A stretch of DNA of 64,000 bases from Antedon mediterranea (Eukaryota; Animalia; Echinodermata): assembly GCF_964355755.1 (NCBI RefSeq), contig NC_092673.1, positions 14,356,948 through 14,420,947 on the forward strand, read 5' to 3'. Both the position numbers and the translations under genes were made by a program. The notes under the pieces were generated by a model that worked only from the letters and a program-made list of their open reading frames with translations, searched no databases and had not been told where the DNA came from. Numbering within the stretch: the stretch's first letter is position 1; each line of letters starts with the position of its first letter. Positions 51,123 through 64,000 of this stretch are shown in pieces.

Positions 51123-54100
51123 TTAGTTTAATTTGGTTGCATTCATAGCATCTTGTATTGCATAAACGAGACGATAAACGTCATTATACCTTGTGTACAA
51201 AGGAAATGGAGCAAATCGAAGGACATCTGGTTCACGTTTATCACTCTACAGTATAAAAGTAAGGGATAAATATAAAATATATAGTGAAAACCATGAATTA
51301 TGTATTTCTAAGACTAAATGTCAATCGGAGCCTGTGGAATCCATTGTGATCCTGACGTCAGGCTGGGAGTAAAGAGCAACAATCAGGATATCGATGGCTT
51401 ATTGAATATGTGACACTTTACCTTCAAAATATTTCACAGATTAATAAGGGAAAATTCAAAAAAAGGAAAAAACATTAGATCAATGCCATGTTTGAATGCT
51501 ATATATCATTTTGATAACATTTGTAGGCCTACATGACTTGTGTACGGTACTTTTTAAATAAAATTACAGTGTTTTGGAATACCCTTAGACTTCAAACAAC
51601 CTCAACGCACTTACCGTAACTCCTCTCTTATTCAATTCTACTTGAACTTGATTGGCAGGAATTGAAAACACCAACGACAACTGACATCCTCTTTGCTTCG
51701 GATCTGATGGTGTCAGGATGTTGATGTAAGGCTTTCCTGGTTCCACTACACTCTTAACTAATGTTTTATTTAATAAATACTCAAAATAACCAGTCAGAAG
51801 TACTTGTTTTGAAACGCAATCTGACATACTTGTTTTATTAAAAACCTGCAAATAAAAAGAACCGCGATTGATTTACACTTAAAAAAAACCTAAGCATTTT
51901 ACTTTATATTTTGGTAGGATAGGATAGACATATGCCTTTTCACACAGGTTCACTCATTTCTGTTCTGGTGAGCTCTTATATGGAAGCTTTAAAGTCCGTT
52001 GCCTTCGTTCTCCATGGAGTTTAAATGGTTCATTTACTAACTTCTACCTTTTCTGGTTATCTTAAGATATTAATTTGATTAATCATTTTGTGTGTAACAC
52101 GCTTAGGAACAATAAAACACCATTTTAAGTGTTCATAGATAATTGATTCTTACAATTATTTAAAAATATACACAATCACTAAGTATAATTTAATTTAAAG
52201 ATAAAGTAAAATTTTTAAAAAATTACGAACCTCAAGGCTGGCCTTTAATGGAATTATTGCCATAATCGAGGGAGTAGAGATACGATAGCCCTCAATTCCA
52301 GGCGACAGGTCTATGTCTATATAAATATGGATGTTGTATTGAATAATATTCACAGAAATTATGTGTCAATATGAACATTATTACTATACATCAGTTCAGA
52401 TACTTGTATTCAGATATTTGTTACTACATTAATTAGTAGGCCTATACTTAGGCATTATTCAAAAGTGAGTGATTTTTACAAACATTGTAAAATATTTCTT
52501 ACTAAGGCATGGAACTCACAACATGACATATTATATAGGCCCTATAATACAATTCCTTCTCAAATTTTATTTTTCTCTTTTCTTAGTTTATTTTTTAAAA
52601 ACTGTAGGCCTATAAGGTAATATTTGAAGATCTCAACTAGTTTTTTCAGTGATTTAATTTGTTATTTTTTTCCAGTGCACATTATGCTTTACCACAAATG
52701 TCATTACAAAGCATATTTAGAAATATGGTGTATTTAGTTCTTATATTTTTATTTTATGTGTACTGTAGGCCTAGTCGTTACACATCCTATTGGGGTGCTT
52801 CTAATATAAAAGAGATATAATAAAGTATCAGCTTATCCGTAACACGTCACTAAAAGGATCAAAACAAAATCACACACAATGCAAAAAAAATGAATCTTCA
52901 AATATCATATTAATACATTAATGTACACAATAGTATTTTATTTACAACTTACTTTTACTCATTTCAAATCTTGTTTCTTCTCGATTACTCCACCAACCGC
53001 TCAATCTACAATGACGAGAAACATATTGCATGATTACTAGAATGTAAGAAGCAATAGTAGGCCTAGACTGTCGGAAGAAAAAGATCTCAACGATATGGAG
53101 AACCTTGTGCACGATTAATTAATACAGCTCTAAAAATGTGGCTTAATGTATACCCTGAAAAAAAACCCAACATATTTGACAAAAATATGTATGCCTAGAT
53201 ACTCCTAAATAGAGAGTGTTTTGACAATCATTGGATGAGTATACAGATTATGCCAATTTGTAGTAGGAAACCGTTTTGTATTAGCTATACCTTTTGATCA
53301 ATGTGTAGCAACAAGGTGGTACTTTGTAGCATTTGGCTAGATAAACTGGCAAAAATGTTCCTCGAATAGTAATTATGTATAGAGCCTAGAGAAGAAACTG
53401 TAACATTTCTATTCTATTTTTACTGGTACCATATACAATATAGAGAGTATAAAACACTGAACATACATTGTTTTAATTAATTTCTAATACGGAGCCTATT
53501 TACTTTGGTTTATCAGTTTCTGAATGTTTTTCATGTATGAACGCACCACCTGCACAACCAGCCCCACCATTCATATACTGCAAAGAAAAACATATAAAAA
53601 GTATACATCATCATAGTGTAATTCTGGAATAATGGAAACATATTTTTTCTATGCATTTGGCCATAAACTGTCAATCTTTGTTTCTTGCTTAACTTTCATT
53701 TTGACCAAATTTCTTTACATTTTTAAGTGACGTGATAAAAAAACAAAAAACTGAATTCCTAACAAAATTATTCAAACTCAATTAAGATACAAACACATAA
53801 GCAAAAAGCTAAATCAAAATGCTAAATTAATAGTTCAGGAAGAAGTGTCAAACTCTCGAAAACGCTATTCCTTTTACAGTTCTCAATGAGATTAAGAAAT
53901 AATTGGAATTGAAGAACTAACTTTATAGTTACACCAAGCAGCAAAGTCAACATCCCAATCATGAAGACACAACTCAACATTGCCAACGGCATGTGCAAGA
54001 TCAAAGCCTACAAAACAACCCTTAAAATTGAGGAAAAGGACAAAAATTAATGAATGGATAAATGTATGAATAATATTTTATAGGTCATTCAAGTTCAGAA

Positions 54101-57100
54101 AATTTTAAAATTTTCAATACAAAATATCTATACAAACCCAGAACGATCCTACTATTTTATTAACAATTATAATTCTTAGCATGCTGATATTGTTGATTCT
54201 TAGCATACCACCTATTTTTTATTTATTCATCAATCAATCAAGTTAAAAAATAAATCAATGCTTTTTAAACATGTTAATCAATCCCTTAAACTCTATACTA
54301 GTACTGTTCCACCAGCATTCAAATCTTGGGACTCGTAAGCACAACAAGGTTTGAGATGCTACCTACCTTACTATGTCCAGCTTTTGTAATTGCCTGCATG
54401 TCAAACAATTGACCTGTATAATAGTGGATACCACAAAACATTATTGTTGCAATCTCAGAACCATGCTTTTCAATTAACACTAGTATATCCTCCATTCGTA
54501 TATTAACTTCTCCCTATTTAAAACAGCACAAACTAACATTACAAATACATGTACTTCTCCCATATAGAAATTTTGAAAAAGTACTAAAATGTGTTCTAAA
54601 AGAATAATAGAGATTCTTAGCAACATCAAAAATGCAAATACTACTTATACGTCAGCGGCATCACTGTAAACTAGACCAATCTCTAGTAAAAGTAAACATT
54701 CCTTTACAATACATGAACAAATGTTGTGGATCAACATTTGTAGATGTCACAATATATCCTAAAATCTGCAAAAATATGTTCAACATTCAAACAACTTTTC
54801 ATTAAGAATCCTGAAGAGACAGTACGGACTTGATTGAGTGTCTATGTCGTCCCTCGTCCACCAAATGATACTATTTTGTTGTTGTTTTATTTGTTTAGTC
54901 AATGTACATACTATGTTGATTGTGGTCGAAATTGAATTGAATTAATTGATTTATACCTCTCTTGGGCTTGCATAAATGATACAATCCTCTGGATTTCCAC
55001 CATGCAGTTTTATTTGACTTTCAATCATATACTGCAAAAAATTATTCACGAGTATAAAATTATGTTCTTTAAAATATCCACTAGTTTTACCATCTAATAC
55101 AGTAATAGTAAGTTTGTTATCCTTTGAACCTGGGAGTCAAATAATTAAAGAAAATGTTTTATATTGTTGTGATAAGAATTTGTTTACCGCCAACTAACAC
55201 TCAGCCTGAGTGCCTCAACCATTCAATATGAATATTCTCTTTTGGATTTTTGGGATTGGCATTTATAGGATAGGCCTACAATTTATATACTATTTTTATA
55301 AAAATAAATTAATTTTGATTTCGATTTCATTACCTGATCTGAAGGAAATGCATTTGATTCCACTAAGATCTTTTTTCTGGATTCGGTTGGTTTGTAAAAT
55401 GAAATCTAAAAATAAAACACATTTATTTAATTTAAATATGTTAATTTATCTTTGGTGCTGTTGAGAGATTTGCCTAGAAGAGCTTGGATAGTCAAGGTAC
55501 TTTATTTTCTGTGTTTAGTATGGAGATCCTCAAAATAACAATTGTAATTTGGAAAGTTATTTTAAAAAGCGTAGTTGTGGAATAAACTATGCCACTGCCA
55601 CTATTTCATGTAATGTGTCTGTCTCGATGAAAGCGATACCATACAAAACACAATGTTGGATTTGGACTCATTTTATGAATTTTCTTTTTAGAGTTAATTC
55701 CCAGGGTCTATTTGACAACATAAACCCAATTATGTGTTGTTGTAGGTGTTCATTCGGTTTATGTGGACAACAGGTTGAGTCCTGAGACACACATTTGAAA
55801 ATTTCCAGTTATTAAGCAGAAACTTCATTGTATTGAAAAACCATCTGTAGCACGATCTAGATAGTACGCGAGCAAAGCGAAGAATTTATCAATATATTAT
55901 TTTTACAGTATATCTGACAACAACTCTTTTAGATCAAAATCTATCTTATCTTAATAATCATATACAGTATATCATATTTTCAATTTCTACTCACGAGTAA
56001 AATGTGGAGATTTACAGTGAGTGCATTCATCACAGCCACTTCACTAGTCTTAGCACCTAAAATTAATAGATACAATTACCAAGCTTTCCGTAATGGTCAC
56101 ATAGTACTGTATGCTTTTAGACATTAAACCTAAACTGGATATCCGCAGTACAAGTACAATTTTTCTTACAGAATTGTTAACCTATGGAATAGTCTACCAG
56201 AGGAAGCCGTTAACACTACCACAGTAAACGCCTTTAAAAATAAACTTGATAAATTCATTGAAAGAAAATACAACAAATTTACTTTATGGGATAAAGTGTA
56301 TTGCAGAAGAATTTAAATCAAGGAAACGAATGAAAAAAAAACAAAAAAAAAAACCAAAAAGAAAAACCATGCAGTGATGAATTGATGAAATTGGGAGGGC
56401 ATGACATGTACCATACAGAAATGTATGGTCTACTTACGAGCCCGACAAGACAGGTGATTACAGGTGATTACAGGTGATTACATTGTGGTGAAACATCAAT
56501 CAAGCCATTCATCATCTATCATATCAATGCACCACCCCATTTATCCTCATTGTCATCATCATCATCATCATCATTATCGTCGTCCCCGCCGTCGTCGTGA
56601 TCTTTATTAATTAATTCATTACCAACTATCCTGGCCATATCTGCCTGTACTTTTAAATCGCTTTTGCTCCATGGTATTTCACCCCTAAAATATCCATGTA
56701 CACCTCTACAAAATTGAAGAAAATCTCAAAACGAATCTAATTTTAGCATAGTAATATTGAAATACAATATATAAAAGTTGAATATCAATTAACGTACTAG
56801 CGATATATCAATATGTGGTGATCAGGTTATAACTTTTTGTATCTTTTCAATTCGTAATTAAACGGTTTTAGTCAACACATATTTCTATACCCATTCTAGT
56901 CCAGAGAATGTATGTCCAATGTATAGTTAAAGTTAAAGTTACCTCTTTTATATACGGCCCTAAATAAAGTAATACAAAAAGATACTTTAGGCTGACTACT
57001 TACATATTAGACCATTTGTCTAGTTCGTTGTTCAGATAATGTCTCGTTGTAGCAGTCATCAACCCTAATGAATTACCACTCATGTAAATGCAATCTTCCT

Positions 57101-58703
57101 CTCCGTCGACTAAAGATAGGTCCACTGATAAAAAATTATTTTTATATAGTTGTGTTATGTGTTTACCAGCAATTTATTATTATTTTCGCCATTTACAAAA
57201 TGGAACATTTTTGTCTAAACCAGCCAGATTACCGCTGGTGTTGTATCACTTCACATCAACTGGTTAACTAGAATACCATGGTTAGCAACGTAATGGCAAA
57301 TACTATGTAAAACAAATGTATGATTGGAAAGAGATTATTTTTGGTAAGACATTTTGACAGATTATGTTCGATTTAAGGACACAAAAACAATATTTACTTG
57401 ACAAATTAGATTTGAAATAGTTTAAGTTTAGTCTGACGTGAACGACTTTGTCAATTAGTTTTACATTCATTTGAATGATGGATGAAACTAAGCAAGCACA
57501 CTTGATTGGTCCTAACATTGATTAAGGGCTTCTCTCGCCTAGTGCCCACCTTGACCAGAGGAAAGGAATGGGCCAATAGACACTAGATGCAGGGGATGCC
57601 ATAAGAATCAGCAGTGCTGATTTCAAATTCCTAATGGTATTAGGATCATCAATTATTCATTATATCTAAAGGATTATAATAATATTTCTATGATTACTTT
57701 TTATAAACTTAGAGAGAGCTTGGACAAATAGATCAGAAATTGTACCTAAATTATATATTTACTGGCAATTAAATGTAATGTTTTTTAATGGTAAAACCTA
57801 ATAGCTCTTAGCAATGGTACTAATTCGATTAGATAGCACAGTTCGACAAAACGACACTATGTTACAGTCAATTCTCACGTCACGCCTCATGCATATTCAA
57901 TGTAGGCCTAGATGATTATAAATAATTTATTTTCTCTCCAAACAATAATAATTATTATTACTGTATATGATATTTCATTATTATGCTGGTATGCTAGTCA
58001 ATTTAAGTGGATTTTATGGAGAAAATCATAACGTTTTATAGCTTCAAATGAAATTGTGTAAAATATATTATACCCCAAATGTTTGACTTCCTTGTATGTA
58101 TATATATATATAGATAATGTTAAAAACACATTTTACCAAAGTGGCAGCCAGGACTAAAGACTTTCCTCTATGCTATGTTTTTTTTTCTTATTTATTTCTT
58201 TCTCGATTCACAAGAAAAATAAACATTACAAAATAAAATGTCAATAAACGTCAAGTCATATCGTTGAAATGATATGTATCAGACGGCAATTTTGCATACG
58301 CCTATATGACATATGATAAGTCGTGATTTTATTGATAGCAGTTTTTTGGTTAGTGTATATTGGAATGAACTTTGAGTAATAGTGTAAAAGTATAGGCCTA
58401 AGCAGGCATAGAGTGAAGCCAGTTGACCAAGATGTTACATCTTTCCGACTAGTTCTCGCACTAAACGTGGCTTAGGGGTTTATGGATCAATAACAACTTA
58501 CCTCCGGGTAAAGTTCTCATTTTTGGAACGTTAAATTCTCTCCGCAGGAATGCGATGGGGTCCTCCAAGTCCATCTTGAGTGGGAACACTTTATCAGTCA
58601 CCTTGCACCCAAATTTATCCGCTTTTTTTTTTAGAAGAAGTGGTGGCATGTCTGTGATAGATGTATGCAGTCCAATGGTAGGATGTTCCTCAATTGTTGA
58701 CAT
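51123..58703 (-). CDS. KYNU: Kynureninase, copy 2 (13 coding exons, 475 aa, intact)
   Basis: Exons: 58502-58703, 57004-57124, 56623-56705, 55995-56056, 55334-55405, 54957-55031, 54367-54513, 53922-54020, 53504-53577, 52953-53005, 52231-52316, 51615-51845, 51123-51245. Exon sizes and splice sites match copy 1. Amino-acid differences seen: Q25K, E39V, M115R, D307E, N344T. Confidence 0.96.
56110..56365 (+). mobile_element. CR1-type LINE 3' fragment, intronic in KYNU copy 2
   Basis: Counterpart of 17915-18160 with an interrupted A tail. Confidence 0.72.
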
Positions 58704-58766
58704 TATTTACACTTTTTGACGATCTGTTAAGAATCTGACAGAGATTAAAAGTAAATTTACATTAAA

Positions 58767-60204
58767 CTAGATGGTACGCTCGCGTACCATCTAGGTCGTG
58801 CCCACAGATGGTTCTCGAATACATAATAATTTCAGCGTTAAAAAACTGGCGATTTCAAATGTACGTACCGCAGGACAATAATACATGTCGTTTACAGGAA
58901 CGAATAAATAGACACTGTGATTTATGTACTGAACTAAAATTAGCACCCTGGGAATTACTTCCGAAAGAGAAACTTGTCACAAAATGAGACCAATTGTTTA
59001 AGTCAAATTTAAACAAACTTAATTTGTGTTTTGTATGTAACATTAGGGTTGAGGGATGGGAAAGAGGATGGGTGCAAAGAGGAACAATTTTTAAATATAT
59101 TCTTTATCCATGTAGTAACGAAATATTAATTGTTTTCATGTTTTACAAATAATATACCACTAAACACAGTAAAACATTGCGATGTAATACTTTGTTGAAA
59201 CTATCACCGTCCTAGTCGATTGAAATAGTATAGTACATGTAACGATACATCACTACGACGTGTATAATATGTTTATATAATGTAAAACAATTTGTGAAAA
59301 CCAGCCCTATTCGTGGCAAATCATAAATTCGATTTAATCGTCAATAAATATTAAATTATCTAACTCAACTTAATTAGTAGGCCTAATGGTTTTCAATTGT
59401 TTCTTAGAGCCAATTCATACTTAAGTTGGTTCCTAACCCTACCCACCAAAGTTGTTCTGCGTTTAGGGCATGTGATGCACCGTAGGCCTATCCTCTACTG
59501 GCTTTACAACGCTACTCATGCCAGTGAGGGAAGGGTGATGATGTCACGTGGGTGGTTTAACTGCAATAATAAAGATTTGTACAAAATATACGGCGACTGA
59601 AAACGCTAGCTCTAAAAAAAATCTATATCCAACCTCTGCAGCACAGATTGAAAAAAAAATGGATCGAATTTCTGTTATGAGTATACAGTACTTGCCTTTA
59701 CGACGCCTGAGGGAATAGACACTTGTGGAACAGAGATTGGAATGTTCCATTCATTTCAAATCAATACATTTGCATAAACGTATATTAAATCTATCAAAAT
59801 AGTATTTTTAAAGAAAATCGGCCTGTCTTCAACATTATGATACTGTACTCGAGCTGTTCAACCGGTTTTCAGCTATTAAAAACAATTATCGTAGGAGGAG
59901 ATAGGAAAATGCGAAGCCTCCTCGAATTTTTGTGGCGGGTATTTTTCAAGATGGACATCCATTAGACAGTGTATACCACGATCGGAAAACACCCCTATTT
60001 GGGGCAAATCGTTGAACCTAAATTCGTTTTAATCGTCAATAACTACTGTAATTATCGAACTCAATTTAATTAGTAAACAGGGTTACATCAGGCGGTTAAA
60101 ATCAGTACCGAAAGTACGAACCAACTTTATATACCATCGAGTAAACATTCTAGAAATAACGCGCGATTTACCGAATTTTGCCCTTACGTAAATTTATATA
60201 TAGA
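58767..60204 (-). mobile_element. Non-autonomous Helitron (1438 bp), specific to copy 2
   Basis: On the minus strand it begins TC and ends CTAG, inserted between A and T with no TSD. The empty site attaaa|ttacga is in copy 1 at 20581-20592. Terminal hairpin ctagatggtacgc-tc-gcgtaccatctag at 58767-58794. Confidence 0.88.
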
Positions 60205-61604
60205 TTACGAAAACAAAATACTGAAGATTATTTTTTAGAAAGAGTAGGTAAAGTGAAAGCAGAATAACAGATCTGGACTGGTAGAAAACAAAGATGTTTA
60301 ATATCTTACCGGACCTAGTAGAATTTAGTAACAATAGAAACCGTATTTTACGGGGCTTCCTCGAGACCCAACGAATTGTCACCTTAATAGAGGTGGTACT
60401 ATAATGGTATCACACAGCCGTAACTACGGCTCTTTCGGGCATGTAAATTATTTGAAACATCGGTGAACAAAGGAAAATAGCCACAACTGTACAACTCTCA
60501 ATTATATATATTAGAAAATTCAATAATAACGTTTGGCAAAATCAATCTTTTTTTCTGAATCCCGACAAAAACAAATTTCCCCCCAAAAACTCAACCCAAT
60601 TCCCAAGCAATACGGTAATCAACCCATAACAGTATCCCTATTTCAAGCACAATTTTTATAAATCCCCAATCTTCCTAAACCCTTTCGAGATTATCAAACA
60701 ACGCAAAGAAAATCCCATACAAGTACATTTATAGGATCGAATACACCAGAATGAATAAATAAACGAGTAATCAAACCTCACAAAATGTCCTCTTCATATA
60801 AATAGCCTAAACTAGGAAAGATACAAGTTAAAATGGTTGTCAATAATTTTCTGCAAACGTTGAAGAACTCCCATGACTTTGCTCCCGTTCTGCTGGTATT
60901 ACCAATAATTATTATTCACAACCTGCAACTAATTTACTGCAATTAATGTTGCTGACTAAATATAAGCTAAACACGTTTCTTGATAACGTTCTGCAATACA
61001 ACAGACTGCTCTTGGTCAAAAATCACCCTCACCATGGTATAAGAACGTACCCTAATAAAATTTCATCCGTAGGTTCTATGTGTATAGGTAATAACATTTC
61101 TTGATGTTGCGTCTTGCAAAACTTGGGATTTTACGAGAAAATTTGACTTTTATACCCAATTTATAACTACCTCATGTCGTATTATTGTGTACAGCGAATG
61201 CGATGAAGCGTGACTGAAATTACGAGACGCCGTTTGCGCCCGTTGAAAAATGCATTAACAAAGCTAAAAACCTACAAAATTAATAGTTTATACAATAATT
61301 TAAATATAGTTTACAATAAATTGTATAATAAAATACATAACATATAAAGAAAACTCAAGTATAATCTCAAATATTTACAGATATGTGTTTAAAAATGTAC
61401 AAATCAAAATGGCCTTCCATAAAATAAAGTGCGCCCTCACTCGTCATACTTTTATCGGACTTGTATGGATTACAAGGCATTAATATACGAAACCCGATGC
61501 ACCAATAAGGTCTCAATACTTCAAGTACAATTCAACTACTATGCTATTTTCATCAGTTATTTCTTTCTTCAATTTTCATATACAGTTGCAATTAATCTCC
61601 AATA

Positions 61605-63235
61605 CTGGGGCGGATCCAGAAAATTTTGAGAGGGGGGGTCCGCCGATAAAAAGGGCACATCAGATATTGAGTATTTGAGCCACAGCCCCCCCATGGTGGG
61701 GGTTGTGGCGAAGCGAATTTTGTTACAGGACACACTTAGATGGCCGGAAATGGCACTCTCGCACGCAAAATCCATGATAAATGGCACCTTTCTAGTTCGC
61801 CGGAAATGACACTTTATTAGCAGGGATAACGATGCAAAATTAAAAGTTGTTATTTTTCAACCAATTTAAACATTATCTGTTGGTATTTTGTTTCAATATT
61901 CCAATAAAGAAAGAATTACGAAAATCTGACTTGTAGTTTTCGAAATATAGGGTCTAAAACATTGCCGAAAATGATCGTTTTTAGCCACGAACGTTGTAAA
62001 CAAATTGCGCCATTTTTCGCTAAAATAATTACATATAATTACGTTTTATAGTAATTTCTTTTATATATCAACATTGGAAATATCAATAAAATATGTTATT
62101 AAATGTTTATAAAATATATAGAGTTGTTTATTTAACGGAATTCGTACAAATTCATTGCTCTAAATTTGTGTAGAGTACCGTTCAGTACAGAGAGATCACG
62201 TGACTTCTTGGTACACGCGCACGAGAGAAAACATTCCGCTGTGGGTGTGATCGTGTCCACCCACCAATCCAAAATAGCCAGAATCCAAAATCTTTCAACC
62301 GTGAGCTCTGCCGATCGCGGGAAAGCTCAGCTTTGATTGGCTTACGATGAAATCATATCACAAAATGGTGGTTTTGTAGTTGAGCCTCACGTAATTTTCA
62401 CAAATATTGTTTCAAAAATGAAATAAATGAACCTTCTTTATGGTATGTGTGATTTTTCTTTAAAAGATTTGAATAATAAAGGCTTCATGTCGAGAAAAAA
62501 ACATTTTTGTTGGCACTTATAATAAATATTTCTCAGAGAAAAAAGCACATGGCTTGTAGAACTATATTATCTTGGCGTAGGAAGACAAACAAATCCCAGG
62601 TCATGAGAGGCTCAACTATAAAAACAAGGTTGAATAGTATAGAAGTGTAAGGACCGTTCGATGATTTTTGAGTAAACAATCTACCGTGTATCATGGTCGT
62701 ACGCGGTAGATAGTACGATATTTTAACTACATTTTTTACATGTTTGGTTGGATGTAATGGAAATAAAAAATAGTTGATCTGATGGAATGATATGTAAATA
62801 AACAAATACTCAAAAGAATTATGTTTACAGTTCAATTATTTTCAGAATAATAATACATAAAAATGTGTTTACCAATGGACAAATAATCGCGTCAATGACA
62901 GAGCGCGCATGGTAACGTACGCGGAGTTGAATCGTAAAAAGTTTACATGCGCCCTCTGTAGTATGCGAAACGATCTATTTTTAGAAGTTTAAGTAGAGAT
63001 CATCACGCATCACCACCTCTCACAATGCTCTTTGATCGGCCGCCGTAACTTAACATCGCGCTCATTGTGATAAATTTCTGTTTTTATTTTTGGGGTTAGT
63101 GTAGCTTACTCTGTGCATACTAATATACACACAAATATGTCACACGAATTAAATATTGAACCTCTAAAAAAAGGGCACCCTTAAAATTTAGGGGGGGTCC
63201 GGACCCCGTGGACCCCCCCTCTGGATCCGCCCCAG
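61605..63235. mobile_element. Non-autonomous TIR element with 5-bp TSD (hAT5-like, inferred), specific to copy 2
   Basis: Perfect 16-bp TIRs ctggggcggatccaga / tctggatccgccccag with CAATA duplicated (61600-61604, 63236-63240). The empty site 'tctccaataactg' is in copy 1 at about 23604-23616. Confidence 0.9.
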
Positions 63236-64000
63236 CAATAACTGAATAAAGGTTCTCAATATTTTCAAATACAGCCTATTAGTATTATTATTTCAACTCA
63301 CTATTTACTTTTACTCCGTGTATATCACTTTAGTTCATTTGGGCTTCTGCTCTACATCACCACAACACAAATTACTTTCTTCTCCTGTACTGTTTAGTTT
63401 TCCATATAAATGTTCTCCTATCCTTTCCTTGCTCAACATAGCACTTCTCCTTCTCTGTCTCATATCTTTATCTATACTGTACTACCCTAATCCCTCATTC
63501 CACCACATACAACAATCTCATTCCTATCCATCAATCACCAATTCAAACACCGACTTAACGCTATACTTCTTATTCTTCTAGTTTTCACGCGGGAAAACCC
63601 AAACTTACCTGGATTCAAAAAATTTAGAAGAATTTAAAATTTAACCAACTTTCTACCAATGAAAGTGTCAAGCCAGAAAGTATCATAATTATTATAATCT
63701 ATTTTTTAAATAATAACGATGAATGATATATATATTTCCGATGTATACAAGAAAATAGCGGAATTGAAAAAGACCATTTGGCAGTCCCAAAACTACATGG
63801 ATAGGAAAAATAAAATAAAGACAAATAAAGTAAATACATTAATCGAAAGGTTAAATGAAAGGCCATTGGGCCACCGAAAGAGAATAATGGCAACGATTAG
63901 CGAACGTAAGACGAAAAGCGTACTATAGATGATGATAAAATCATTATAATTATTTTGAATTTTTTGTTTGATTTTGTGATGAAAAACAAATTATATAATA

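Larger units (their letters stand above)
49400..64000. repeat. Segmental duplication, unit 2 (KYNU locus)
   Basis: Direct-orientation copy of 12525-24366 with four extra insertions and without the 20741-22881 LINE. Confidence 0.93.

Noticed and set aside
52231-52316. Horizontal transfer of a bacterial-type kynureninase to explain Thr344
   Set aside because: The gene has 12 spliceosomal introns and a metazoan-type sequence, and the Thr is a single-base change relative to copy 1.

Overview
AT-rich animal genomic DNA with spliceosomal introns and dense transposable elements. A marine invertebrate, probably an echinoderm, is my inference from the repeat content and the abundant TAGGCCTA tracts. 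The only host gene is kynureninase (KYNU), present as two intact 13-coding-exon copies on the minus strand (12903-20523 and 51123-58703, 475 aa each), within a direct segmental duplication (about 12525-24366 vs 49400-window end). The most notable observation is that the copies differ at only about 5 amino acids, yet one is Asn/Thr at the position equivalent to human Asn333, and both carry Tyr at the human His102 position. These are known determinants of 3-hydroxykynurenine versus kynurenine preference. The copies also differ by five copy-specific insertions, including a Helitron with both termini intact and a 5-bp-TSD TIR element, mostly 5' of the start codon. The rest is nested TEs: CR1/L2-type LINEs (one with a 2A-like/PHD leader), Tx1/L1, RTE-X and Rex1/Babar LINEs, a BEL/Pao remnant, Academ and Harbinger remnants, a Helentron-like element, and a foldback element built from 21-bp palindromic repeats. 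All alignments were done by eye and family assignments come from remembered motifs, not database searches.
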